Shown here: positions 19,701-27,713 of the stretch, one piece after another
Numbering within the stretch: the first letter of the stretch is position 1
Layout: the number at the start of each line of letters is the position of its first letter
Source of the DNA: Planctomycetota bacterium
Lineage (GTDB): Bacteria; Planctomycetota; UBA8108; SXIK01
Length of the DNA: 64,000 nucleotides
Direction: 5' to 3'
Assembly (NCBI GenBank): GCA_965223845.1
Contig: CBDCXR010000004.1
Location: 5,888,001-5,952,000 of the forward strand
Notes under the pieces: model-generated
What the model was told of the DNA's origin: nothing
Seen by the model: the letters and a program-made list of their open reading frames with translations, nothing else
Databases searched by the model: none
Translations under genes and position numbers: made by a program

Positions 19701-21550
19701 AGATCCGTTTTGCGGGGAGCCCATGGCTCCGTCCGGGCGGCGGATTCGACAAGAGCTACGCGCTCCGGTTCCCGAAGGACAATCCGCTCCACGGCCGGCA
19801 CCGCGCCATCAATCTCGACGAGCACGGCTCGAACGCACGCGAGCGCATCAGCCACTATCTTCTCCGTCACAGCGCGGGCAAGTTCACGAAGCTTCCCTAT
19901 TGGGACTTTCACGCCCTCTCGAGCTTCGAGCTGAACGACGTCCACTCCGACACGAAGGAAATCCTCGCCAAGCCGAACAGTCAGTATCTCAACTTCTGGT
20001 TTCCGGACGACGATGTCTCGCCCTTCTACGAGATGGACGACCGGTTCCAGTTCGACGACAGCGGCAATCGTCAGGGAAACGCCGAGGCGCACGTTCTCTA
20101 TCCGCCCTACGGATCGAGTAGCGGTGGCGACAACAAGGAAAACTATCGCTGGTACTTCGTCCCGCGGGGAAACACGAAGTCCTACGACGAGTTCGGCCCG
20201 CTCATCGCGCTCGCGCAGTTCATGGACGACCGCCGCACTCCGAACGCGACTTTCGACGCCGCCGTGTTCGATCTCATCGACGTCGAAGAACTTCTCCGCG
20301 TCTTTGCGATCGAGCTCAACATCGACGATTGGGATACCTGGAGCGGGCGCCGCGGAAAGAACGGCTACCTCCATCAGTCGAGCTCGGATGGCCTGTGGCG
20401 AAAGATCCCCTGGGATCTCGAGCTCACGTACGGCGACGTCAACGCGACGAGCCTGCCGTCGTCGCCGACGAGTACGTACCGCAATCATTTCCGGGAGATC
20501 GAGCGCTTCATCAATCGACCGGCGATCAAGCGAAGGTACTACGGAATTCTCGCCGAGCAGGTGGATACCTCGAACGGCTTCTTTCACTCGCGGTACCTCG
20601 GCCCCTACATGCAGCGCCTCCAGGCCGACAGCGTCTCGAGCACGGGAATTGGGACGAGCGGCGGGTTCATCGATCAACGCGCCACCCGAATCCGCGGCTG
20701 GATCCGAACGGTCTCCTCCGCGTCGGTCGACTTCGAGATCACGACGAACGACGGGAACGACTTCGTCTCCGAGAACGATACCGTGCGCTTCTCAGGCACC
20801 GCGCCGGTCGAAGTCGCTCACCTCGTCGTTCACCGAAACGGCGATCCGATCGACGTCCAAACGGTGTTCGCCTCGATGACTCGCTGGCAGACCGGGAACA
20901 TGGAACTCGGCGGTGACGTCAACGAGTTCGAGATCCTCGGATTCAACTCGCAAGGGGAGTTTTTCGATAGCGCGACGATCCGAGTCACGGCGCCGTTTTC
21001 CTTCGAGAAACCGGAGATCATTTCGGTGACGCCCGAAAGGGTCGTCGTCGGCGGGACGATCGAAATCCGTGGCACGAACTTTCACCCAGGTCTCGAAGTC
21101 CGGTTCAATGGGTTCATAGTCGCCGAGAACGTCGAGTTCGACCCCGACGTTGATCCGTCCGTCGTTCGCGTTGTCCTCCCCGAGGCGGGACTCACGGCCG
21201 GCGTCGCGACGGTCGCGGTGAAGAACATCGACGGGAAGGAGACGGATCACGTCGTGATCCAGATCATCGAGGATCTCGGAGAGATCGTGTTCATCCGAGG
21301 AGACGCGAACCTCGACGGTGGCGCGAACGTGAGCGATGCCCTCGCCGTGCTCAATCACCTCTTCTCGGATGGATTCGAGCCCGGCTGCCTCGATGCCGCC
21401 GACGTCAACGACTCGGGCGTTGTCGATATCAGCGATCCAGTGAACCTGCTCAATTTCCTCTTCGGCGACGAGGCTCCCCCGCTTCCGCCCTATCCGGACC
21501 CGGGGACGGACCCGACGCCCGACGAAACGTCGTGTCTCGAGGGGCTCTGA
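16703..21550 (+). CDS. Large secreted protein: lamin-tail domains, CotH-like kinase, IPT/TIG and dockerin-like domain
   Basis: Lamin-tail starts ILISEIHY, VIINE, VVFNEIMY; CotH-like KIRFAGS, DDWD..KNGYL..IPWDLE; TIG-like PEIISVTP..GGTIEIRGTNF; FIRGDANLDG..CLDAADVNDSG. Confidence 0.8.
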   Translation: MLPSISRSRRSALLGALWCGVFSIVASTGVHADILISEIHYAPVDASGVPQPNLEFVEVFNDGPEVYDLTGYQFVDGFSFEFTERTFIPGRGYIVICRDEDALRDAYGITNTVGNFDGILDNSGERLSLANPQGAIVSSVSYNDRGKWPAAAKGTGHSLALFDGYTDPGEPENWRASTQFGGTPGRINFATDVTFEDRTLIEPGEEWRYRKGTSAPPASWASRTFDDGSWSRGETGIGYGDGDDATVLDDMEDNYLTVFCRKSFALSADDIEAIDDLVLRVVVDDGIYVYLNGASAGSSNGTGRGHDDNAGSAGEPETVEFDLTGLKDELVVGTNVVAASVHNANLGSSDLSFIPSLLSRRRIEPEETATVPVIINEGLLRSAERFVELHNTSGGTIDLAGYFLTDDFADLERYSLPAGTTIGPRGFLQLTEAETGLDFSVDPGLKDRVSIALTNPNGTRVVDAYIFEPKVDGKSEARVPDGIGDFEPAAVPTPGAANEVDVISSVVFNEIMYHTISDDVRGEYIEFFNRGDVDVDLGGWRVVGVDYEFPPGTVIPAGDYRVIAHSPSRIRQVYDLDETVVLEPAWGGRLRDSGERIDLVDLNGNTADSVRFYDGGEWPVWTDGLGSSLELIDPFADNENPLAWDASDDSAKARATTIQYGGVPFGGRESDFGVFLAEEGIAIIDDVSLQRSGSNTNLIRNPSFDSSTTSWRIEGTHSRSGRTSDDEETLRGGGSLKLICWGGGGDYKVNRVEQNTSTQTSGSYSVSFEARWVVGSPRIITIGDYSTGQPSNPGLAGSNRLTVPSQLGTPGAVNSVTLRQIDRAGSSNIGPTFGDAHHSPGVPSSGAAVTVSARVRDPDGVVSVSAYYRAESPNGSFTEVRLSHEGGGLYRGTIPGMSQGTKVLFYFEAVDTRGGLSRFPRDIARSTHPPIVDPDSPSRNDLRYLLYRHDRASVSTSRHALRFILNEASESELGSRRVLSNQMLDGTLVFGDDDIYYNAKIRFAGSPWLRPGGGFDKSYALRFPKDNPLHGRHRAINLDEHGSNARERISHYLLRHSAGKFTKLPYWDFHALSSFELNDVHSDTKEILAKPNSQYLNFWFPDDDVSPFYEMDDRFQFDDSGNRQGNAEAHVLYPPYGSSSGGDNKENYRWYFVPRGNTKSYDEFGPLIALAQFMDDRRTPNATFDAAVFDLIDVEELLRVFAIELNIDDWDTWSGRRGKNGYLHQSSSDGLWRKIPWDLELTYGDVNATSLPSSPTSTYRNHFREIERFINRPAIKRRYYGILAEQVDTSNGFFHSRYLGPYMQRLQADSVSSTGIGTSGGFIDQRATRIRGWIRTVSSASVDFEITTNDGNDFVSENDTVRFSGTAPVEVAHLVVHRNGDPIDVQTVFASMTRWQTGNMELGGDVNEFEILGFNSQGEFFDSATIRVTAPFSFEKPEIISVTPERVVVGGTIEIRGTNFHPGLEVRFNGFIVAENVEFDPDVDPSVVRVVLPEAGLTAGVATVAVKNIDGKETDHVVIQIIEDLGEIVFIRGDANLDGGANVSDALAVLNHLFSDGFEPGCLDAADVNDSGVVDISDPVNLLNFLFGDEAPPLPPYPDPGTDPTPDETSCLEGL

Positions 21551-23136
21551 GCGCCGCACGAATCGGGAGAACGGAGAGCGTGAACGCGTCACAAATCGCG
21601 TCGAGGTCGAGGAGATCTCGGGGAAGGCCGCTTCTCTTGTTCGCGATCGTCGCATTCGGTGCGCGCGACGGGCGAACGGAAGACGGGAAGCTCTGGATCG
21701 AGGCCCAGGACGCGGGCGGCGCTGTCGTCCCCTGCCGCGTCCATCTCTCCGGCGCAGACGGAAAGCCGATTCGAGCACCGGGATCGCCGTTTTTCCGCGA
21801 TCATTTCACGGCTCCGGGCGGCGTCGAGCTGACGCTTCCGGTCGGGAAGTATCGCTACGAGATCGAGCGCGGTCCGGAGTTCGAACGCGCGGCGGGTACC
21901 GTCCTCGTATCGAGTCGCCCTGCGAAGATCGTCGCCAGCATCGGTCGAATCTCCAATCTTCGCGCCGACGGCTGGTACTCCGGCGACCTTCACATCCACC
22001 GTCCTCCCGGCGACATCGAGACTCTCGCGAGAGCGGAGGACCTCGATGTCGCCCCGGTGATCACGTGGTGGAATAACCGGAACCTGTGGAGCGGACGAGC
22101 GCCGCCGAGGCGTGTTCTTCGCCGCTTCGACGGTTCGCGCTACGCGCACGTGATGGCCGGCGAAGACGAGAGGGAAGGCGGCGCACTTCTCTATTTCGGG
22201 CTCGAGAAGCCGATCGAGATCACTGGCGCTTCGCGCGAGCACCCCTCTCCCCTCGACTTCGTCGCCGCTGCGCGCGCCGCCAACTCAAAGGTCTGGATCG
22301 ACATCGAGAAGCCGTTTTGGTGGGACGTTCCGGTGTGGCTCGCGCTCGGCGACGTGCACTCGATCGGAATCGCGAACAATCACATGTGCCGCTCGACCGT
22401 GCTGGGGAACGAGGCTTGGGGGCGCCCGCGCGACACCGAACGCCTCCCCGCGCCGCACGGAAACGGCTACTGGACGCAGGAGATCTACTACCACGCGCTC
22501 AACGCTGGACTGCGAGTTCCTCCGTCGGCAGGAAGCGCGTCGGGCGTTCTTCCGAATCCGGTCGGTTACAACCGCGTCTACGTGCACGTCCCGGGCGAGT
22601 TCACCTACGAGAAGTGGTGGGAGGGCCTCCGCGCGGGACGCTCCTTCGTGACGAACGGTCCGCTCTTGCAGGTGAAGGCTTCGGGAGATCGCCCCGGCGC
22701 GTCGTTTCGGGGTCCAGAGGGTCACCGCTTCGAGATCCCGCTCGAGATCGAAGTGGTTTCAAACGATGCCCTCGATCGAATAGAGCTCGTTCAAAATGGC
22801 GAAATCGCCGTGTCGCTGCCGGCCGGCGGCGCTCGTCGACACCAAGCGCGGGCGACCGTCTTGTTCACGGCGAGCGGCTGGTTTCTCGTCCGAGTCTTCG
22901 CAAGGAACGAGCGCACGTTTCGTTTCGCGTCGACCGCACCGTACTTTGTCGAGATCGGCGCGAACGCGCGCCCCGTGCGAAAACCTTCCACGGAGTTCTT
23001 TCTTCGGTGGGCGCGCGAACGCGCGGATCGAGTTCGAAAGAACCTCGCCGGCGAGCCGAAGAAGCTCGCCGACGTGATCGCGTACCACGAGCGTGCGATC
23101 CGGTTCTGGGAGGAGAAGGTGAGCGAGGCCGATTGA
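21532..23136 (+). CDS. CehA/McbA-like PHP-family metallohydrolase (start possibly GTG 21580)
   Basis: GWYSGDLHIH, YYHALNAGLRVPPSAGSASG, VGYNRVYV, GLRAGRSFVTNGPLL. Confidence 0.75.
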   Translation: MSRGALSAARIGRTESVNASQIASRSRRSRGRPLLLFAIVAFGARDGRTEDGKLWIEAQDAGGAVVPCRVHLSGADGKPIRAPGSPFFRDHFTAPGGVELTLPVGKYRYEIERGPEFERAAGTVLVSSRPAKIVASIGRISNLRADGWYSGDLHIHRPPGDIETLARAEDLDVAPVITWWNNRNLWSGRAPPRRVLRRFDGSRYAHVMAGEDEREGGALLYFGLEKPIEITGASREHPSPLDFVAAARAANSKVWIDIEKPFWWDVPVWLALGDVHSIGIANNHMCRSTVLGNEAWGRPRDTERLPAPHGNGYWTQEIYYHALNAGLRVPPSAGSASGVLPNPVGYNRVYVHVPGEFTYEKWWEGLRAGRSFVTNGPLLQVKASGDRPGASFRGPEGHRFEIPLEIEVVSNDALDRIELVQNGEIAVSLPAGGARRHQARATVLFTASGWFLVRVFARNERTFRFASTAPYFVEIGANARPVRKPSTEFFLRWARERADRVRKNLAGEPKKLADVIAYHERAIRFWEEKVSEAD

Positions 23137-23542
23137 GCCAAGAGTCGCGCCTTCGAATCCGCCTCGCTTCGAGTGGAACGATCCCGTCGATACTCATCTC
23201 TCGTGCTCTTCGCGACGTGGTCATGTAGGGCGAAGCTACGCCCCCGCACCGCGGTGAAGCGCCGAAGAGCCAAGGCAGTTTCGGTCGACGAGATTCGGCC
23301 CGGTTTGGCGCGTCGCGTGCGCCGCCGTCGCAACCATCGCTGCGCCAAGCCTTTAAACACAATAGTCGGTACGATTAAATCAAGTCGAAGGGGTCTGTTT
23401 AGAGCAACTTGAACTGCGTCGCGTCATACGAGTATCGCGAAATAGTTCGCATGCGGAAGCTGTTCTCTCATTAATTCGGAGAGAGAGCGCAGTAGATCGC
23501 GATTGACATCTGCGGCCTCCCGGACACGATGCAGGAGCTTGC

Positions 23543-25168
23543 TTGGTGTGGGGCTCCGAAGTGGAAAATCGACACGTAGCGTGGGAAGCGTTCGAGTCCG
23601 CCGAGACGGTGCTCAGTCGGAATCCTTCCGTCCGTGCATCGGAACTCGGGTTCAAGGTCTCGGATGGCGAGTTGTTGCCTCAGCTGGCGATTCGCGTATA
23701 CGTAGACGCCAAGCTGCCCGCCGCCGCGGTCCCTAGAGACTGCCTCATTCCTCCCGTGATCGCTGGACTGCCGACGGATGTGCTCGCCGTCCGTGACGAA
23801 GCGTTCCTCGGACACGACATGGTCGGCGGTGATCAGCTCACGCGAGTCGTGTGGAACGAGTCCGGAACCGGTTCCGGAACACTTGGCTACATGGCTACGC
23901 GTCAGACCGACAGCGCGACGGTGATGCTCTGCAACGAGCACGTATTCCGGAGCGACCTCGGCGAGGGTGAGCGGCGTGAGATCTATCAGCCGGACATTTC
24001 TCGCTGTCTCGGGAGCACCTGTAACAAGGTGGGGTACGTCGCGGACGGTTTCATCGGCGACGTCACCTGGGCGAGTAGCGGCACTCCTTCCCCGCATTTC
24101 GTCGACTGCGCGATCGGTGAAGTCGTCGACGCGAGCTCCAAGCGCGGAGTGAAGGATCTCCCTGCGATTACCGGCGATCAAGATATCTCCACGACACCGG
24201 TCGGTCCCGGCGAGGCTCCACTCCCGGTAAAGAAAATCGGTGCGACGACGGGGCGCACGGAAGGTGTCGTGGTGAGCGTCAACAGTACCGGGCATCAGAA
24301 GGTGGGCCCGATCGAGATTCTCAACCAACCGCGCACCATTCTGATTCGCACGACGAACGGCCCGTTTTTCGAGGAGACGTTTACCGTTCCCGCCGGCGAG
24401 GTGAGCTCCATCAAAGACGCGTTCAACGCGCTTGGAGGTCCCGGCACCGTCTCCGACGCCGGAACCAATCAACTGCGCTTTCGCGTTCCGACGTTTTCTC
24501 GAGGCGGAGATTCGGGATCGGCCATCGTAAGCGCGAGCGGAGGGATCGTCGGCTTGCTATACGCGAGCGCGATCTTCTCGTTTCCCGCCATCGAGGGAAC
24601 AGAGACGGTTCGGAAGACGATCCCCGTCGGCGAGTCGCGGGCGTGCCACATCGGGCCGGTGATGAACCGGATGGGAGTCCGGATCGATCCGTCCACCTCG
24701 CCTAGCGCCGGTCCGGACGTATTCGTGCCCGGTGTCGCGATCGCTGCCAGCAAGCCGGATCCATCGCTTCGAGAACGCATCGACGCGCTGGAGATTCAGT
24801 TGCGTTCCAGCCCAACCGGACGAAGGTTCTTCGAGCTCATTCGGAAGCACGGACGCGAAGTGGTCCAGCTTGTTCACCATCATCGAGCCGTGAAGGTCGC
24901 GTGGCACCGGCACCACGGGCCGGCCTTTGCCGCGCTCGTCGTCGACCACTTGCGCGATTCCGCCCGGTTCGTCCCCCGCGCGCATCAGGGAAAGACGTTC
25001 TCTTCGCTCTTGTCCGCCATGGCCGACGTCTTCGTTCGTCACGGCAGTCCGGCGCTCGGCGCCGCGATTGAAGCCCATCGCTGCCGGTTTCTCGATTGCA
25101 TCGCCCGCAGTCGCAGTGTGGACGAGTTCATGGTTGCCCTGGCAAGCGAACCGAGCGCTGTCGAATGA
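23543..25168 (+). CDS. Nal1-like trypsin-fold serine protease, paralog 1 (N-domain + protease + C-terminal helical domain)
   Basis: N-domain LGFK..IRVYVDAK..IPPVIAGLPTDV; GTLG; CNEHV (His), FVDCAI (Asp), KIGATTGRTEG, FSRGGDSGS (Ser). AGGAG upstream of TTG. Confidence 0.8.
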   Translation: MVWGSEVENRHVAWEAFESAETVLSRNPSVRASELGFKVSDGELLPQLAIRVYVDAKLPAAAVPRDCLIPPVIAGLPTDVLAVRDEAFLGHDMVGGDQLTRVVWNESGTGSGTLGYMATRQTDSATVMLCNEHVFRSDLGEGERREIYQPDISRCLGSTCNKVGYVADGFIGDVTWASSGTPSPHFVDCAIGEVVDASSKRGVKDLPAITGDQDISTTPVGPGEAPLPVKKIGATTGRTEGVVVSVNSTGHQKVGPIEILNQPRTILIRTTNGPFFEETFTVPAGEVSSIKDAFNALGGPGTVSDAGTNQLRFRVPTFSRGGDSGSAIVSASGGIVGLLYASAIFSFPAIEGTETVRKTIPVGESRACHIGPVMNRMGVRIDPSTSPSAGPDVFVPGVAIAASKPDPSLRERIDALEIQLRSSPTGRRFFELIRKHGREVVQLVHHHRAVKVAWHRHHGPAFAALVVDHLRDSARFVPRAHQGKTFSSLLSAMADVFVRHGSPALGAAIEAHRCRFLDCIARSRSVDEFMVALASEPSAVE

Positions 25169-26757
25169 GCGATTCGAAAAACGACTGGTGGCGGGCTCAC
25201 GCGGAGGCGACGGAAACGATCGCCAATCTCCCCGGCGTGAGAGGCATCGGGCTCGGGATCAAGGAGACGGCGCGCGAATTGACGGGTGAGGTCGCGGTCA
25301 TCGTTTACGTAGATGTCAAGCGGCCGAGCGAGGGACTCGACCCGGCGGAGCGAATTCCTCCAGCGGTCGCCGGCGTGAAGACTGATGTTCAGCGCGCGCT
25401 CAAGATCGCGACGTTTGGGGGTACGACGATCGAAGGCGGCATACAGATTCGCGCGACGCCCGACGATCGCGATCGACCGAAGCCCGGCACACTCGGTTAC
25501 ATCGCTACGCGAGAGTCAGACAGTGCGAATGTGATGCTGAGCTGCCAACACGTCATGCGTTCTCGAGGGGGCGACAATCGGATCTTCCATCCGGACGTCT
25601 CCCGCTGCTGCGGGAAGTTGAAGAATCGGGTGGGTGAAGTCGGCGAAGGGACGATCGGTCACGTGTCGTTCACCAATTCGGTCGATACGTCCATGTATTT
25701 TGTGGACGCCGCGATCGCCTCGATCGATGCGGGCATCAACGCGCGGAAGTTCATCTCGGGTGTCGGAGCGATCAGCGGTTCGGGTGATCTCACCGCGACG
25801 CCAATTGGCGGTGGCAGCTCGACGATCAGCGTCAAGAAGCGTGGCGCCAAAACCGAGCTGACCGGAGGAACGGTGGACGACGTCGCCTATCCGTTCGTGC
25901 AGGTTCCCGGCGCACCGACCGCTCAGCGCGTGATCCGGATTCGACCGGCATCCGGAAACACGTTCCCGTTCAGCATCACTTGGCAGGTTCCGCCGGGTGA
26001 CGTCGCGGGACACGTCGCAAACTTCCCGACGGAATCGCTGGGCGGAACCGCGACGCAAGTCGACTCCGATCGGATTCGATTTGACGTGCCGGTTTTCGCG
26101 GTACCCGGTGATTCGGGTTCGGCGGTGGTAGACACCTCGAGCGGTCGCATCGTCGGACTGGTGTTCAGCGGCAGTGTCTACGTACTGCCGGCGTTTCAGG
26201 ACGGACGCTTGGGAACAGGAATTGTCCCGACGGGGTTCGCCGTCGCCTGCCACATCCCGCCCGTTCTGGCGGAGTTGGGAATCAGGATCGACGCATCGAC
26301 AACGCCGAGCGCCGGCCGACGACGGCTTTTACCCGGAACCGAAATCTCGGCGGACCCGCCGGATCGGCTCGAGCTGATCAACGCCCGCCTCGGTGCCCTC
26401 GAGTCGTCTCTCGATGCCATTCCCGCCGGGCGACGACTGACGAATCTTCTGCGCGAGCACGTCGAGGAGCTCGTCGATCTGGTCCACCACCGCCGGCGCG
26501 TGCTGGTGGAGTGGCATCGCACCCGCGGACCTGCGTTTTCGGCGCTCACGTTGGAAGCGATCGCCGACGGAAGACGCGAGATGCCCGAGGTCGTCAGCGG
26601 CGTCTCGCGCGACGAGATGCTACGGCGCATGCGCGATGTGCTCGCCGTCGAAGGCAGCGCGGCGCTGAAGGAAGCACTGGCGGAAAACGAATCGTTCCTC
26701 CTCGGGTTGTTGGCTGCGAGCCGAACCGTGGACGACTTGGTGGCGAATCTAAAATGA
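25165..26757 (+). CDS. Nal1-like trypsin-fold serine protease, paralog 2 (N-domain + protease + C-terminal helical domain)
   Basis: ATGA overlap with paralog 1; GIGLGIK..VYVDVK..GVKTDV; GTLG; SCQHV, FVDAAI, FAVPGDSGS. Confidence 0.82.
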   Translation: MSDSKNDWWRAHAEATETIANLPGVRGIGLGIKETARELTGEVAVIVYVDVKRPSEGLDPAERIPPAVAGVKTDVQRALKIATFGGTTIEGGIQIRATPDDRDRPKPGTLGYIATRESDSANVMLSCQHVMRSRGGDNRIFHPDVSRCCGKLKNRVGEVGEGTIGHVSFTNSVDTSMYFVDAAIASIDAGINARKFISGVGAISGSGDLTATPIGGGSSTISVKKRGAKTELTGGTVDDVAYPFVQVPGAPTAQRVIRIRPASGNTFPFSITWQVPPGDVAGHVANFPTESLGGTATQVDSDRIRFDVPVFAVPGDSGSAVVDTSSGRIVGLVFSGSVYVLPAFQDGRLGTGIVPTGFAVACHIPPVLAELGIRIDASTTPSAGRRRLLPGTEISADPPDRLELINARLGALESSLDAIPAGRRLTNLLREHVEELVDLVHHRRRVLVEWHRTRGPAFSALTLEAIADGRREMPEVVSGVSRDEMLRRMRDVLAVEGSAALKEALAENESFLLGLLAASRTVDDLVANLK

Positions 26758-27713
26758 CCCGATTTCCGGCCGAGCAAGATTACGAATCCGCGCTGGTCGT
26801 TGCGAGACGAGCCGCTGGCTTTCGCGGATTGGGGTTCGGCGTGAAGGAAATCGCGGGAAAGGTCACGGGGGAACCAGCCTGGCGAGTCTACGTCGCTCGC
26901 AAGGACGGACTGCGCGCGCTCGCGCCGAGTGAGCGAGTGCCCGCACGTATTCTGGATCTGCCGACCGACGTGATCGAGTACGCAGGGGTGACTCCCTCTG
27001 CGGCGCGTCCATCCGCGGGCGCGGACAGACGTCACTCGTTGTCGGACGGCTCCGCGATCGCGAACCACAAGGGCGTCCCCGGAACCCTGGGCTGTCTCGC
27101 TCGGCTGCGATCTTCGCAGGAGCCGGTTCTGCTCTCCAACTATCACATCCTCTTCGCGAGGAATTCGCAGCGCGGCGATCCGGTCTGGCACGTGCCCGCG
27201 GAAGGGAGCGGCGAGCCTTATCCGATCGGTCGAGTCTTGGGCGGAAAGGTCGGGCGGGTCTCCGATCGAGGCGAGGAAGTTTTCGTCGATGCCGCCTTGG
27301 GGACGATCGACGACGCGCTACAGGACGAATGGATGGAGTCGAACGAAACGCCTGCGATCGAGCCGGACACTGGACTCGCGTCCGCCGTCGCGGGATCGCG
27401 CGTGCGTAAGGTCGGCGCCGCGACAGGGCGGACTTGCGGGCTCGTCGTCGACGTCCGGTACCCGGATCGCTGGTACTGGCAGTATCGATCGGAGAGTGCG
27501 CCGCGGCAGATCCTCGTTCAGTCGGGCGAGCCGGACGGGGGTGTGTTCTCGCGCTCCGGCGATTCCGGCGCGGTCGTTCGCGACGAGTGCGGCGCGGCGG
27601 TGGGGCTGCTCTGGGGAAGCAATGCGCGCGGAGAAGGGGTCGCCTGTCCGATGGGCGCGGTGACGAGAGCCTTGGGAATCTATTTCGACGTCGCGAACGG
27701 GGAAGTGTCTTGA
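26754..27713 (+). CDS. Nal1-like trypsin-fold serine protease, paralog 3 (N-domain + protease, no C-terminal domain)
   Basis: ATGA overlap; GLGFGVK..VYVARK..LPTDV; GTLGC; SNYHI, FVDAAL, KVGAATGRTCG, FSRSGDSGA. Confidence 0.8.
   Translation: MTRFPAEQDYESALVVARRAAGFRGLGFGVKEIAGKVTGEPAWRVYVARKDGLRALAPSERVPARILDLPTDVIEYAGVTPSAARPSAGADRRHSLSDGSAIANHKGVPGTLGCLARLRSSQEPVLLSNYHILFARNSQRGDPVWHVPAEGSGEPYPIGRVLGGKVGRVSDRGEEVFVDAALGTIDDALQDEWMESNETPAIEPDTGLASAVAGSRVRKVGAATGRTCGLVVDVRYPDRWYWQYRSESAPRQILVQSGEPDGGVFSRSGDSGAVVRDECGAAVGLLWGSNARGEGVACPMGAVTRALGIYFDVANGEVS

Noticed and set aside
23396-23410. gtttagagc resembling a type II CRISPR repeat start or an attC core
   Set aside because: Single copy, no spacers, no cas or integron integrase gene.
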